This document shows, piece after piece, positions 55,353 to 64,000 of a stretch of DNA of 64,000 bases. This DNA comes from a virus. Under the pieces are notes generated by a model that ran no database searches, had not been told where the DNA came from, and saw only the letters and a program-made list of their open reading frames with translations. Every line of letters starts with the position of its first letter. Position 1 is the first letter of the stretch. Both the position numbers and the translations under genes were made by a program. Location: positions 3,219-67,218 of the IMG/VR virus record IMGVR_UViG_3300028601_000033. One strand, given 5' to 3'.

Positions 55353-57002
55353 ATGGGTAAAATTGTAACCTATCATCAACCTTGTTTGAATCCTGATTGT
55401 GGTTCGTCAGATGCACGTAATGTGTATGAAGACGGAACATCATTTTGCTTTTCTTGTCAAACATGGTTTTCAAAAGAGGCCAATGCAGATTTTATACCAA
55501 CTAATAAAACACCTAAGGTCCCTTCATTGAGAAAAGAACTATCATTGTTAGAAATTGCGGAATTGCCGATACGAGGTTTTCAAGAAAGAGACATCACTAA
55601 GCAAGTTACAGAATTCTTTGATGTGAGAGTCTCATATAATGAGAATGGCGAAATAGATACACACTATTATCCATATGATGGTAATAAAGCTTTTAAGGTA
55701 AGAAAGCTACCGAAAGATTTTGTGTGGATTAATAAGTCTACGAACTTATTTGGGATAGATAAGTTTAACAGTGGTGGAAGAAGGGTTGTTATTACAGAAG
55801 GTGAAATTGATGCCTTAAGTGTAGCGCAAGCAACATTAGATAAATGGAATAAGATTTATCCTGTAGTGGCAATGTCATCAGCATCAATGACTAAGTCTTT
55901 ATTGGAAAATAGAGATTGGCTGCGGTCTTTTAAAGAGGTAGTTTTATGTCTCGATGAAGATGAAGCTGGTGAGAAAGCTAGAACTGAAGCAATAAGAATA
56001 ATTGGTTTAGATAAAGTAAAAATTGCTAAACTTCCTGAAAAAGACCCTAATGCTGTATTGGTTAAACATGGCAGCGCAAGACTAAATCAAGCTATCTTCG
56101 ATGCAGCGCCCTATATTCCTGCAGGAATTATCGATAAAGATAAGCTTTGGGCTAGTCTTGAGGACTACAATTCTATCACCTCAGTGCCATTTCCTCCTTG
56201 TCTAGAAGGTGTTAATACTAAGACCAAGGGTAAGAGACTCGGTGAAATAACCCTTTTTATATCTGGGACAGGTTCCGGTAAAAGCACAATAATTCGTGAA
56301 TGTATCTTGGATGATGTTAAAAATAATTTAACCCCTGAGGAAAAGGTTGGTATAATAGCCTTAGAAGAAGGCCCACCTGAGACTGCAAGAAAGCTAGCGG
56401 GGATGGCCATTGATAAAAATCCTGCAAAAGAAGAAATTCCATTAAGTGAATTAAAAGTTGGCTTTGATCAAGTATTTGGAGATGACAAAGTTCTTCTTCT
56501 AGATCACCATGGTTCTATTACTGACAATAGTTTAGTTGATCAACTTGAATATATGTGTCTCATGGGATGCAAATATATCTATATTGATCATATAACAATC
56601 TTAGTTTCGGAGGGTGTAGAAAATTTACACGGCAATGAAGCTCAAGATAAAATTATGAATGACTTACTACGTCTTGTAAAAAGACACCCCGTTTGGATTG
56701 GCTTGATTTCTCATTTAAGAAAAGCACAAAGTGGAAGTAAATCCTTTGAAGAAGGAAAATTACCCTCCATTGATGATATAAGAGGTTCTGGCTCAATAAA
56801 GCAAATATCTTTCGATATAATTGCATTTGCTAGAAATATGATCTCTGATAATGTAGTTGAAAGAAATACTATTTTAATGCAAGTTTTAAAATGTCGTTAC
56901 ACTGGCTTGACAGGTAATGTCAAGGGAGCCAGGTATGTTTATGATACCGGAAGGTTGATTGCTTGTACAACTCCTGCATCTGAAGAATTTCACGTACTTT
57001 AA
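55353..57002 (+). CDS. primase-helicase (T7 gp4-like)
   Basis: Zn finger C...CGSSDA..CFSC, TOPRIM EGEIDA and DEDEAG, Walker A GTGSGKST, IDHI, RGSGSIKQ. Confidence 0.95.
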   Translation: MGKIVTYHQPCLNPDCGSSDARNVYEDGTSFCFSCQTWFSKEANADFIPTNKTPKVPSLRKELSLLEIAELPIRGFQERDITKQVTEFFDVRVSYNENGEIDTHYYPYDGNKAFKVRKLPKDFVWINKSTNLFGIDKFNSGGRRVVITEGEIDALSVAQATLDKWNKIYPVVAMSSASMTKSLLENRDWLRSFKEVVLCLDEDEAGEKARTEAIRIIGLDKVKIAKLPEKDPNAVLVKHGSARLNQAIFDAAPYIPAGIIDKDKLWASLEDYNSITSVPFPPCLEGVNTKTKGKRLGEITLFISGTGSGKSTIIRECILDDVKNNLTPEEKVGIIALEEGPPETARKLAGMAIDKNPAKEEIPLSELKVGFDQVFGDDKVLLLDHHGSITDNSLVDQLEYMCLMGCKYIYIDHITILVSEGVENLHGNEAQDKIMNDLLRLVKRHPVWIGLISHLRKAQSGSKSFEEGKLPSIDDIRGSGSIKQISFDIIAFARNMISDNVVERNTILMQVLKCRYTGLTGNVKGARYVYDTGRLIACTTPASEEFHVL

Positions 57003-57021
57003 CTACCTTCAAGGAGTAAAA

Positions 57022-57973
57022 ATGCTTAAGAAAGAAGATTTGCCAAAAATTGAGCCTGATTGGAGTACCATTGGTTATTTGACATATAAAAGAACTTACG
57101 CTAGACCTCTGAATGATGGCACTGATGCAACTGAAGAATTTAAAGATACCATTTATCGTATTCTAGAAGCATGTTGTCATCAATTTCATTGTGGCTTCAA
57201 CGAAGATGAAGAGTATCGTCTGGCAAAATATTTCCTCGGACTTAAATGTTCAGTAGCGGGGCGTTACCTATGGCAGGCCGGTACAAAGACAGTAGACAGG
57301 CTTGGTCTTGCCTCACTACAGAATTGTGCCTTTACTGTTGTAGATGATCCTATTAGGCCGTTCACGTGGTGCATGGATATGCTTGCACTTGGCTCTGGAG
57401 TTGGCTACAACATTCAGAGAGAACATATTGATAAATTGCCTAAAGTACGCCCTTGGTTTAAAGCACCAACCCGTGTTGACGACGCAGGTGCTGATTTTAT
57501 AGTCCCTGATTCTCGTGAAGGTTGGGTAAGACTTCTTGGCAAGACACTCAAGGCTGCTTTCCTTTCTAAAACACCTAATAAAGGTACTTTTACGTATTGT
57601 ACCATGGTTGTTCGTGGGAAAGGGACACCTATTAAAGGCTTTGGAGGAATCGCATCTGGCCCAGAAGACCTTTGCTGGGGTATTGCCGAGATTTCAAAGA
57701 TACTCCTTAAACGTAGTGGTCGTAAGATTCGACCGATTGATGCACTTGATATTATGAATCTCATCGGTCATATTATTGTTGCAGGTAATGTACGCAGAAG
57801 TGCTCAAATAGCTATTGGAGATCCTGACGATGTCGAATTTCTCTTAGCTAAAAGATGGGATATGGGCAATATCCCTAAATGGAGAGCCATGTCTAATAAC
57901 TCTGTGGCCTGTAATGATATTAACGATTTGCACGAGTATTTTTGGGAAGGTTACGAGGGTAAAGGTGAACCGT
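57022..57973 (+). CDS. nrdJ: class II (B12-dependent) ribonucleotide reductase, exon 1
   Basis: TYKRTYAR, AGR.LW, NCAF, GSGVG, VAGNVRRSA, RAMSNNS. Confidence 0.9.
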
Positions 57974-58800
57974 TAAACCTAGCGGCTTGAGCTGGTAACA
58001 GCTTTTGAATAATCTATCTAAAAACAGGGGATATCCTATCAGGACAATCCTGTGCTAACTCGTTATGAGGAGTGCAACGACTATGAGTGATAACAAAGAC
58101 GTAAGTAAGAGACTCTATTACTATTCTACCTTCGATGGATATCTAGATAATAGAGGTGAAAATCGAAACTCGAGATTATCTGTAACTATGTTAGAGAAAA
58201 ATTCAGATTATATTTACGAGGTCGCTCTTACTCTAGAAGAGGCTGATATTGGTTATATACTTTGGAGACCTGCTCTGAACAGGCATGATGGTTATGCAAG
58301 AAAACAACAAATCAGAGTTCAATCTAAAGCACATCCGAAACTCACAAAGATTCGTAAACGAATATACATAGATAATAAAAAAGTAATTGATCCACATATG
58401 TTAACGCTATTGGATGCTCAAGCATTAGCAATTATTTTTATGGCAGATGGGAGCAGAAAATCTTGTATACTCGCATCTGGGAAAGATAATCCACTTTTCA
58501 GGATACATACTAATGGTTTCAGTTATGGTGACAATTGGCTCCTGAAGAAAGCTATAAAAGAACGCTTTGATTTGGAATTCAATGTTGAGCGACAAGCTAC
58601 GGACAAGTGGGGCTTGTATCTTCGTAAAAAAGACAACGAAAAATTTGAGAGTATCATATCGCCATTTATTTTAGAGAGCTTTCGTTATAAACTCGAACGA
58701 TAGACCCCTGAAAAGGGTGATGATATAGTCTGTTCTGTATGGTAACATACAGAGATTGGCAGAAATGACCAATCCCTGCGAATGCAGAGTAACAAAAAAG
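57974..58800 (+). mobile_element. group I intron in nrdJ
   Basis: P1 CCGT/GCGG with U.G; GTGCAACGACTA and GATATAGTC core; terminal G 58800; splicing rebuilds GEP-Y(T|AT)-GLINL. Confidence 0.92.
58083..58703 (+). CDS. intron-encoded two-motif LAGLIDADG homing endonuclease
   Basis: YYYSTFDGYL and LAIIFMADGS motifs; HT.GFS. Confidence 0.85.
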   Translation: MSDNKDVSKRLYYYSTFDGYLDNRGENRNSRLSVTMLEKNSDYIYEVALTLEEADIGYILWRPALNRHDGYARKQQIRVQSKAHPKLTKIRKRIYIDNKKVIDPHMLTLLDAQALAIIFMADGSRKSCILASGKDNPLFRIHTNGFSYGDNWLLKKAIKERFDLEFNVERQATDKWGLYLRKKDNEKFESIISPFILESFRYKLER

Positions 58801-59774
58801 ATGGCTTAATAAACCTTAAACTATCCCGCAAGTGTGGCCGTATAGGAGAATTTCAGTATCCTGATATAAAAATACAGGGCTATAACCCCTGTGGAGAACA
58901 GTCTCTTGAACCTTTTGAGACTTGTTGTCTAGCTGAAGTATTCTTGCCAAATGTTAAATCTAAAGAAGAATTGCTTGATATTTGTGAATTGCTTTATCGC
59001 ATAAATAAACATTCCTTGATGCTTCCATCCCACCATCCGGAGACCGAAGAAGTAGTTCATCGTAATATGCGCATGGGAATTGGAATGACCGGGATATTGC
59101 AAGCTTCAGAGGAACAAAGAAGTTGGTTGAATGAAACTTATGAATATCTTAGAGACTTTGATATAGAGTACTCTGATCTTCATAACTTTAATCGCTCAAT
59201 TAAACTAACTACAGTGAAACCTTCCGGCACATTAAGCTTGTTACCTGGAGTAACCCCTGGGATTCATCCTGCAATTGCACAATTTATGTATAGAAGGATT
59301 CGAATTGCATCTGAGCATATGCTCGTAGAGATTTGTAAGAAGAACGGTTATCCAGTTGAATTTGTTAGAAACTTCGATGGTTCAGAAGATTATGGTACTG
59401 TCGTTGTAACATTCCCCTTCAAATACCCAGATGGTACTGTTCTTGCTAAAGACATGACTGCATTGCGGCAGCTAGGCGAAATCAAAAGGATGCAAGAAGA
59501 GTGGTCTGATAATAGTGTCTCATGTACAATCTATTACACAAAGGAGGAAATGCCTGAGATAAAAGAGTATTTGAGAAAGAACTATTCAGATAATCATAAA
59601 AGCCTATCTTTTCTATTGAGATTTGATCATGGCTTTGACCAAGCACCCTATGAGGAAATCACGGAGGAACAATACTATGCGTTACTAAATTCGACTAAAA
59701 TGATCAGTAGTATTGAAGACGCTAACTTTGAAGCATTTGATGAATGTGCTTCTGGTGCTTGCCCTATTCGTTAA
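58801..59774 (+). CDS. nrdJ: class II ribonucleotide reductase, exon 2
   Basis: NPCGEQ active site, TTVKPSGT, NSVSCT, QAPYEEI, C-terminal CASGACP. Confidence 0.92.
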
Positions 59775-59791
59775 GTGAGGATTCTAAAAGA

Positions 59792-61120
59792 ATGACCAGC
59801 TCAGAAATTATGAATCTCTTATGTTTAATTGCAGAAACTCCCGGGACAAATGATAAAATCTATTTCCTAAAGGAATTTCTACAGGAGGATGATTTTCGTA
59901 GAGTTATCCAGTTGGCCTATGATCCTTATCTCACATTTGGTATAAATAAGCTTGATTTCATTGTATCTGAACCAGGAGATCAAGATTTTGATATCAATAC
60001 ATATTTTATTCTTCAAGATTTACAAGATAGAACACTTACAGGTAATGCCGCTAAAGGTGTTATCAATGTTCTATTCTCTCAGCTTAATCGACAATCAAGA
60101 GATTTATTTCAGCGTATCTTAGAAAAAGACCTTAAAGCTGGGTTCCATGCAACAACCGTAAATAAAGCTTTTAAAGGTCTTATTCCAATACCGGCTTATA
60201 TGCGTTGTTCTTTACCCAAAGAGACAGATGTCTTAGCATGGCCTTGGATAGGTGGTATCATCAGTCAAGAAAAGTTGAACGGCTCGTTTCTCAATGTAAT
60301 ATCTGAAGATGGAATCAGTTTAATGACTCGCAAAGGTCAATTCTATCCTTTAGAGCAATTTGAGGAACTGGTTGATGCCATAAAAATGTGCTTTCCGAAT
60401 CAATACCATGCGCATGGTGAAATGCTAGTAGAACGAAATGGTACCATTCTCGATCGTAGTACAGGCAATGGTATTTTGAACCATGTAAGGCAAGGTGGAG
60501 CATTTGCATCAAATGAGAAACCTCTCTTGAATTTGTGGGACATTGTGCCTTCAAGTGTTATTAAGAAAGAAAAGAAAGGTGAGCCTTATGCAGTTAGATA
60601 TCAAGCCCTTCAAGATATCTGCAGGACTCACTCAGCCGTTTTGAAGGTTATTGATAACAGAATATTGTATAGTTATTCTGAAGCTCTTGAACATTTTAAA
60701 GAGGTACGTGCCAAAGGCGGTGAGGGTACTGTTATTAAACACCCTTATGGTTTTTGGCAAAATACAACTTCAAAATTTCAAGTAAAAGTAAAAGCTGAAA
60801 AAGAAGCAGATTTAAGAATTATTGGTACTAAGCCAGGAAAAGGTAAGAATGCTAAGACTTTTGGTTCACTCATATGTATAACTGAAGATGAGAAACTGAT
60901 TGTTGCTGTGTCTGGTTTTACTGATAGTCAAAGGGAAGAGATCTATAATGACTTAGATAAATATATGTATAAGATCATTCCCGTTCTTTTTACTGATTTA
61001 AGTAAAGCTAAAAATTCCACAACATATTCGATGGAAAATCCTAGAGTGTCTTCGGATGATTTTGAAGTCCGTACAGACAAAGATGAAGCCGACACATTAG
61101 ATCGTCTACTCAAAATGTAA
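59792..61120 (+). CDS. ATP-dependent DNA ligase
   Basis: EKLNG, HGEM, WD, GEGTVIK, KVK motifs. Confidence 0.9.
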   Translation: MTSSEIMNLLCLIAETPGTNDKIYFLKEFLQEDDFRRVIQLAYDPYLTFGINKLDFIVSEPGDQDFDINTYFILQDLQDRTLTGNAAKGVINVLFSQLNRQSRDLFQRILEKDLKAGFHATTVNKAFKGLIPIPAYMRCSLPKETDVLAWPWIGGIISQEKLNGSFLNVISEDGISLMTRKGQFYPLEQFEELVDAIKMCFPNQYHAHGEMLVERNGTILDRSTGNGILNHVRQGGAFASNEKPLLNLWDIVPSSVIKKEKKGEPYAVRYQALQDICRTHSAVLKVIDNRILYSYSEALEHFKEVRAKGGEGTVIKHPYGFWQNTTSKFQVKVKAEKEADLRIIGTKPGKGKNAKTFGSLICITEDEKLIVAVSGFTDSQREEIYNDLDKYMYKIIPVLFTDLSKAKNSTTYSMENPRVSSDDFEVRTDKDEADTLDRLLKM

Positions 61121-61130
61121 AGGAACCCAA

Positions 61131-62129
61131 ATGGCTGGAGTGAAAAAGAACATCATTCGTAAGATTCTTCGTAACAAAATTTCAAAGTGGATCAACAGTA
61201 TTGAAGACCCTGAGGTTCGTAAAATCGCTGAAGAGAATACCATAGTTGCCGGTGGTGCAATTTGTAGTCTCTTGGAAGGTAGTTCGCCTAATGACTATGA
61301 CTTGTATTTTAAGACGAAAGAAGCAACACTAACTATTGCGTCTTATTATGCGAAAAAGTTTATTGAACTCAGACAAAAAGAAGGTAAATTAACAGAACGT
61401 CACTATAAGCCTGTAGTGAAAACTATTACACGTAAAAATATTAGAGGTGAAATAGAAGAACGTGTAGTTGTTTGGATCCAGAGTTCTGGGGTTGTTTCAG
61501 AGGATGAAGAGAGTAATTATGAATATTTTGAAACAATGCCAGAAGAATACACCGAGGATTTCATTGAATCTTTGATAAGTACTGATATTGATGAAGATGA
61601 CCCCGTGCAAATGGCTCAAGAGCTTCTCAAAGATAAGAAGCAAAAGAAGCCAATATATCGTCCAGTATTTATTACCGAGAATGCTATCAGTCTCTCCGAC
61701 CATATTCAGTTAGTTATTAGATTCTTTGGTGAACCTGATAAGATTCATGATAACTATGATTATGTTCATGCAATGAATTATTACGATTATGATCAAAATA
61801 TACTTGGGTTGAAACAAGAAGCAGTAGAAGCTATCTTATCGAAGACCTTGATTTATAAAGGTAGTCTGTATCCGATTGCCTCTTTATTTCGGATTCGTAA
61901 GTTTATAAATCGCGGTTGGAGGATTACTGCAGGTCAAATGCTGAAGATCGTAATGCAATTGAACAAGGTTGATCTTACAGATAAGGAGATCCTACAAGAA
62001 CAATTGATTGGTGTCGACCAAGCTTATATGATCCAACTTTTGAAAGCAATACAAAGTACCGATGATGCGCAAAAGATAGACGCTACTTACATCATTCAGC
62101 TCATTGATAGCATTTTTGAGGAAATCTAA
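61131..62129 (+). CDS. Pol-beta superfamily nucleotidyltransferase-like protein
   Basis: VAGGAI.S......NDYDLYF, YDYVH, R..KF..RGW. Confidence 0.65.
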   Translation: MAGVKKNIIRKILRNKISKWINSIEDPEVRKIAEENTIVAGGAICSLLEGSSPNDYDLYFKTKEATLTIASYYAKKFIELRQKEGKLTERHYKPVVKTITRKNIRGEIEERVVVWIQSSGVVSEDEESNYEYFETMPEEYTEDFIESLISTDIDEDDPVQMAQELLKDKKQKKPIYRPVFITENAISLSDHIQLVIRFFGEPDKIHDNYDYVHAMNYYDYDQNILGLKQEAVEAILSKTLIYKGSLYPIASLFRIRKFINRGWRITAGQMLKIVMQLNKVDLTDKEILQEQLIGVDQAYMIQLLKAIQSTDDAQKIDATYIIQLIDSIFEEI

Positions 62130-62255
62130 TGCTGAACTTAAGAACATTGTACAATATTACCACTATTTTACTAGCCTTAGTTTTGGGAATTTATTGTGCA
62201 CATAGTTTTTATGTTGATATCTATAACTACATTATTAAAACACAGGAGCAGTCTC

Positions 62256-62483
62256 ATGGCTAAGAAATACGGATGGTGTTGTCCTTATTGTAATGCATTC
62301 AAGAATTCCGATGATAAGTCTGAAGTAAAGACTTTCAAAAATTATCACAAACGAAATAAACATAAATGTGATCTTGTTCTTACCAAAGCAAAGACTTTAG
62401 CACGTAAATCTCTCGCTGAACACTTGGATAATATTAAATATAAATATCTAAGTAAGCCATTGAGAGCAAGATTTAGCCATTAA
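62256..62483 (+). CDS. small basic Zn-finger-like protein
   Basis: AGGAG RBS; CPYC...H...H. Confidence 0.5.
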   Translation: MAKKYGWCCPYCNAFKNSDDKSEVKTFKNYHKRNKHKCDLVLTKAKTLARKSLAEHLDNIKYKYLSKPLRARFSH

Positions 62484-62490
62484 CAGTAAC

Positions 62491-62518
62491 AGGCCCCTAT
62501 GTAAAAGTAGGGGCCTTT
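62491..62518 (+). terminator. terminator-like hairpin
   Basis: AGGCCCCTA-loop-TAGGGGCCTTT. Confidence 0.55.
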
Positions 62519-62521
62519 AAA

Positions 62522-63025
62522 TTGGAGATTAACTTGAGAGAGGGTACGAAGAGTTGGCTATTTGGATGCCATAGTATAGTTCATTCATATTATGTATGGA
62601 AAGCCTGGAAAATCTTATATGGTAAATATCCGAATTTCATGGAAACTATTTGCATTCTCCTACATGATATTGGATATATCGGTAAAGATTATTTAACAAA
62701 CAAAAGTAATAAAGGCCATTCTTATCTAGGGGCTAAAATAACTTCTTGGTTATTTGGTATCAAAGGTTTTAATTTGGTTGTAGGTCATTCAAGAGCAGAC
62801 TCAGCGACATTAGGAATCCCATTAAGTAAACTAGAAGCGCCTGATGATTACTCTTGGATTATAGCCGCCGATTGGTGGTTAGATTTTAATAAATTAATTG
62901 AACCACAATTAGCTGGTCGTATCTGGAAAAAGAAAGTAAAAACAAACTGGAGTTCTGGGAATAGGGTCGGAGGAATGGAGTTAGGTTTTTATGGTAATGA
63001 AACGAAGAGCAATCAGTGTGAATGA
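62522..63025 (+). CDS. HD-domain protein
   Basis: H...LLHDIGY...H...H...D metal-binding pattern. Confidence 0.65.
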   Translation: MEINLREGTKSWLFGCHSIVHSYYVWKAWKILYGKYPNFMETICILLHDIGYIGKDYLTNKSNKGHSYLGAKITSWLFGIKGFNLVVGHSRADSATLGIPLSKLEAPDDYSWIIAADWWLDFNKLIEPQLAGRIWKKKVKTNWSSGNRVGGMELGFYGNETKSNQCE

Positions 63026-63166
63026 GTTAGCATTTGAGCAACACAATGACGTAATTAATGTTGAAATTATCAGGACTATCATTGTTTTCATTCGCTGCTG
63101 AAACCCTTCACACCTATCTTTTTACTGTGGTCAAGGATAAACATCTCGAATTACTAGGGAGCCATA

Positions 63167-63604
63167 ATGTTTTCTAAATCTAGTGTTAATGACAAGGTTA
63201 CATGCTTGATATTCGGTGACGGTGTAATAACTGAAATAAAGCCCGATGAGATCGTAGTAAATTTTGAGAGCCACTAAAAATGTTATCTTAAGAGTGGTCA
63301 GATATCTCCTTCGGCTCGACCTACCTTATTTCATCCAGGTATATGTGTTGAGATAACCAATATACATGTATATAGTACTCGGTATATAAATATATATCAA
63401 GATATAAATGGTAGAATTAAAATCGACGATAATACTTATGAGACGGAAGAAGATGCTATTAAAGCTAAATTCAATTACCCTTATATTATGTGCTCGCAAT
63501 GCGGGGGAACGCTGCAATGGAAACCGCACGCATGGAACCCGTTTTCAAAAATGCAAGCAGAAGAGGCGATTTTGAACTTTGTGCAGGACGGACTTGATAA
63601 GTAG
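63167..63604 (+). pseudogene. hypothetical gene interrupted by an in-frame TAA at 63275
   Basis: GGAG RBS; frame is open on both sides of the TAA through to TAG 63602-63604. Confidence 0.4.
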
Positions 63605-63615
63605 GGGCTTTTGTA

Positions 63616-63819
63616 ATGACTAAAAAAGATGCTATTAGATACCAGCAAGCGATAGATTGCTTTATGGATTCTGCCCAAGACAGAAAGTGGCTTGCTGATT
63701 GTGTTTTGAACAGCTCTCCGTTGATGACAAACGAGCAGTGCAGGATGATAGAAATAACACTTGCAGATGGAAAAGGCTGCGGGTTTACGGCAATGGAAAA
63801 TACATTTGGAGGACTGTAA
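63616..63819 (+). CDS. hypothetical protein
   Basis: 67-aa ORF with RBS-like AGGGG. Confidence 0.5.
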   Translation: MTKKDAIRYQQAIDCFMDSAQDRKWLADCVLNSSPLMTNEQCRMIEITLADGKGCGFTAMENTFGGL

Positions 63820-64000
63820 ATGAATCAAATACGGTTGAATGGCCCGGAAACACTACCGACAAACGGTCAGCATATATTGTTGTTTTTGCATGACGGAACA
63901 GTTTGTAGTGCGTGGTTTTCTAATGTTGCTCCGGAGAACGACGCGAAAGACGACGGCGAGTATGATTGGATATGTTGTGAAGATAGGTTCTTGATAGATG

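Noticed and set aside
56959-59774. Intein in nrdJ
   Set aside because: The insertion has stops and an RNA core with P1 and terminal G, and no Cys/His-Asn intein ends
63534-63543. GGAACCCGTT partial motif
   Set aside because: Only the 5' half matches and it lies within a reading frame
1-64000. Stop-codon reassignment
   Set aside because: Long genes are intact in the standard code, TAA/TAG/TGA all end genes, and no suppressor tRNA is seen; the one internal TAA at 63275 is isolated

Overview
The window is most of the genome of a lytic-looking, long-tailed dsDNA siphovirus, with all credible genes on the + strand and no integrase or repressor seen. Order: small accessory genes (1-4.35 kb); non-coding promoter/AT-rich block; terminase; a ~7 kb mosaic fibre/receptor-binding cassette that includes a DGR-type variable region; portal; a 1550-aa protein fusing a MuF/SPP1-gp7 head domain to an intact T7-like RNA polymerase (candidate virion RNAP); head and tail genes with tRNA-Thr, a lambda-type GGGAAAG frameshift and a 2687-aa tape measure; lysis genes; small early genes; a second T7-like RNAP split by a group I intron whose ORF has no recognisable endonuclease motif; and a T7-like replication module (SSB, PolA with unusual active-site residues, exonuclease, primase-helicase, nrdJ split by a LAGLIDADG group I intron, ligase). 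Four copies of AACCCGTTRAATTAACC precede the packaging, capsid, lysis and replication modules, suggesting a two-RNAP transcription cascade. All assignments come from motif reading by eye; no database searches were run.
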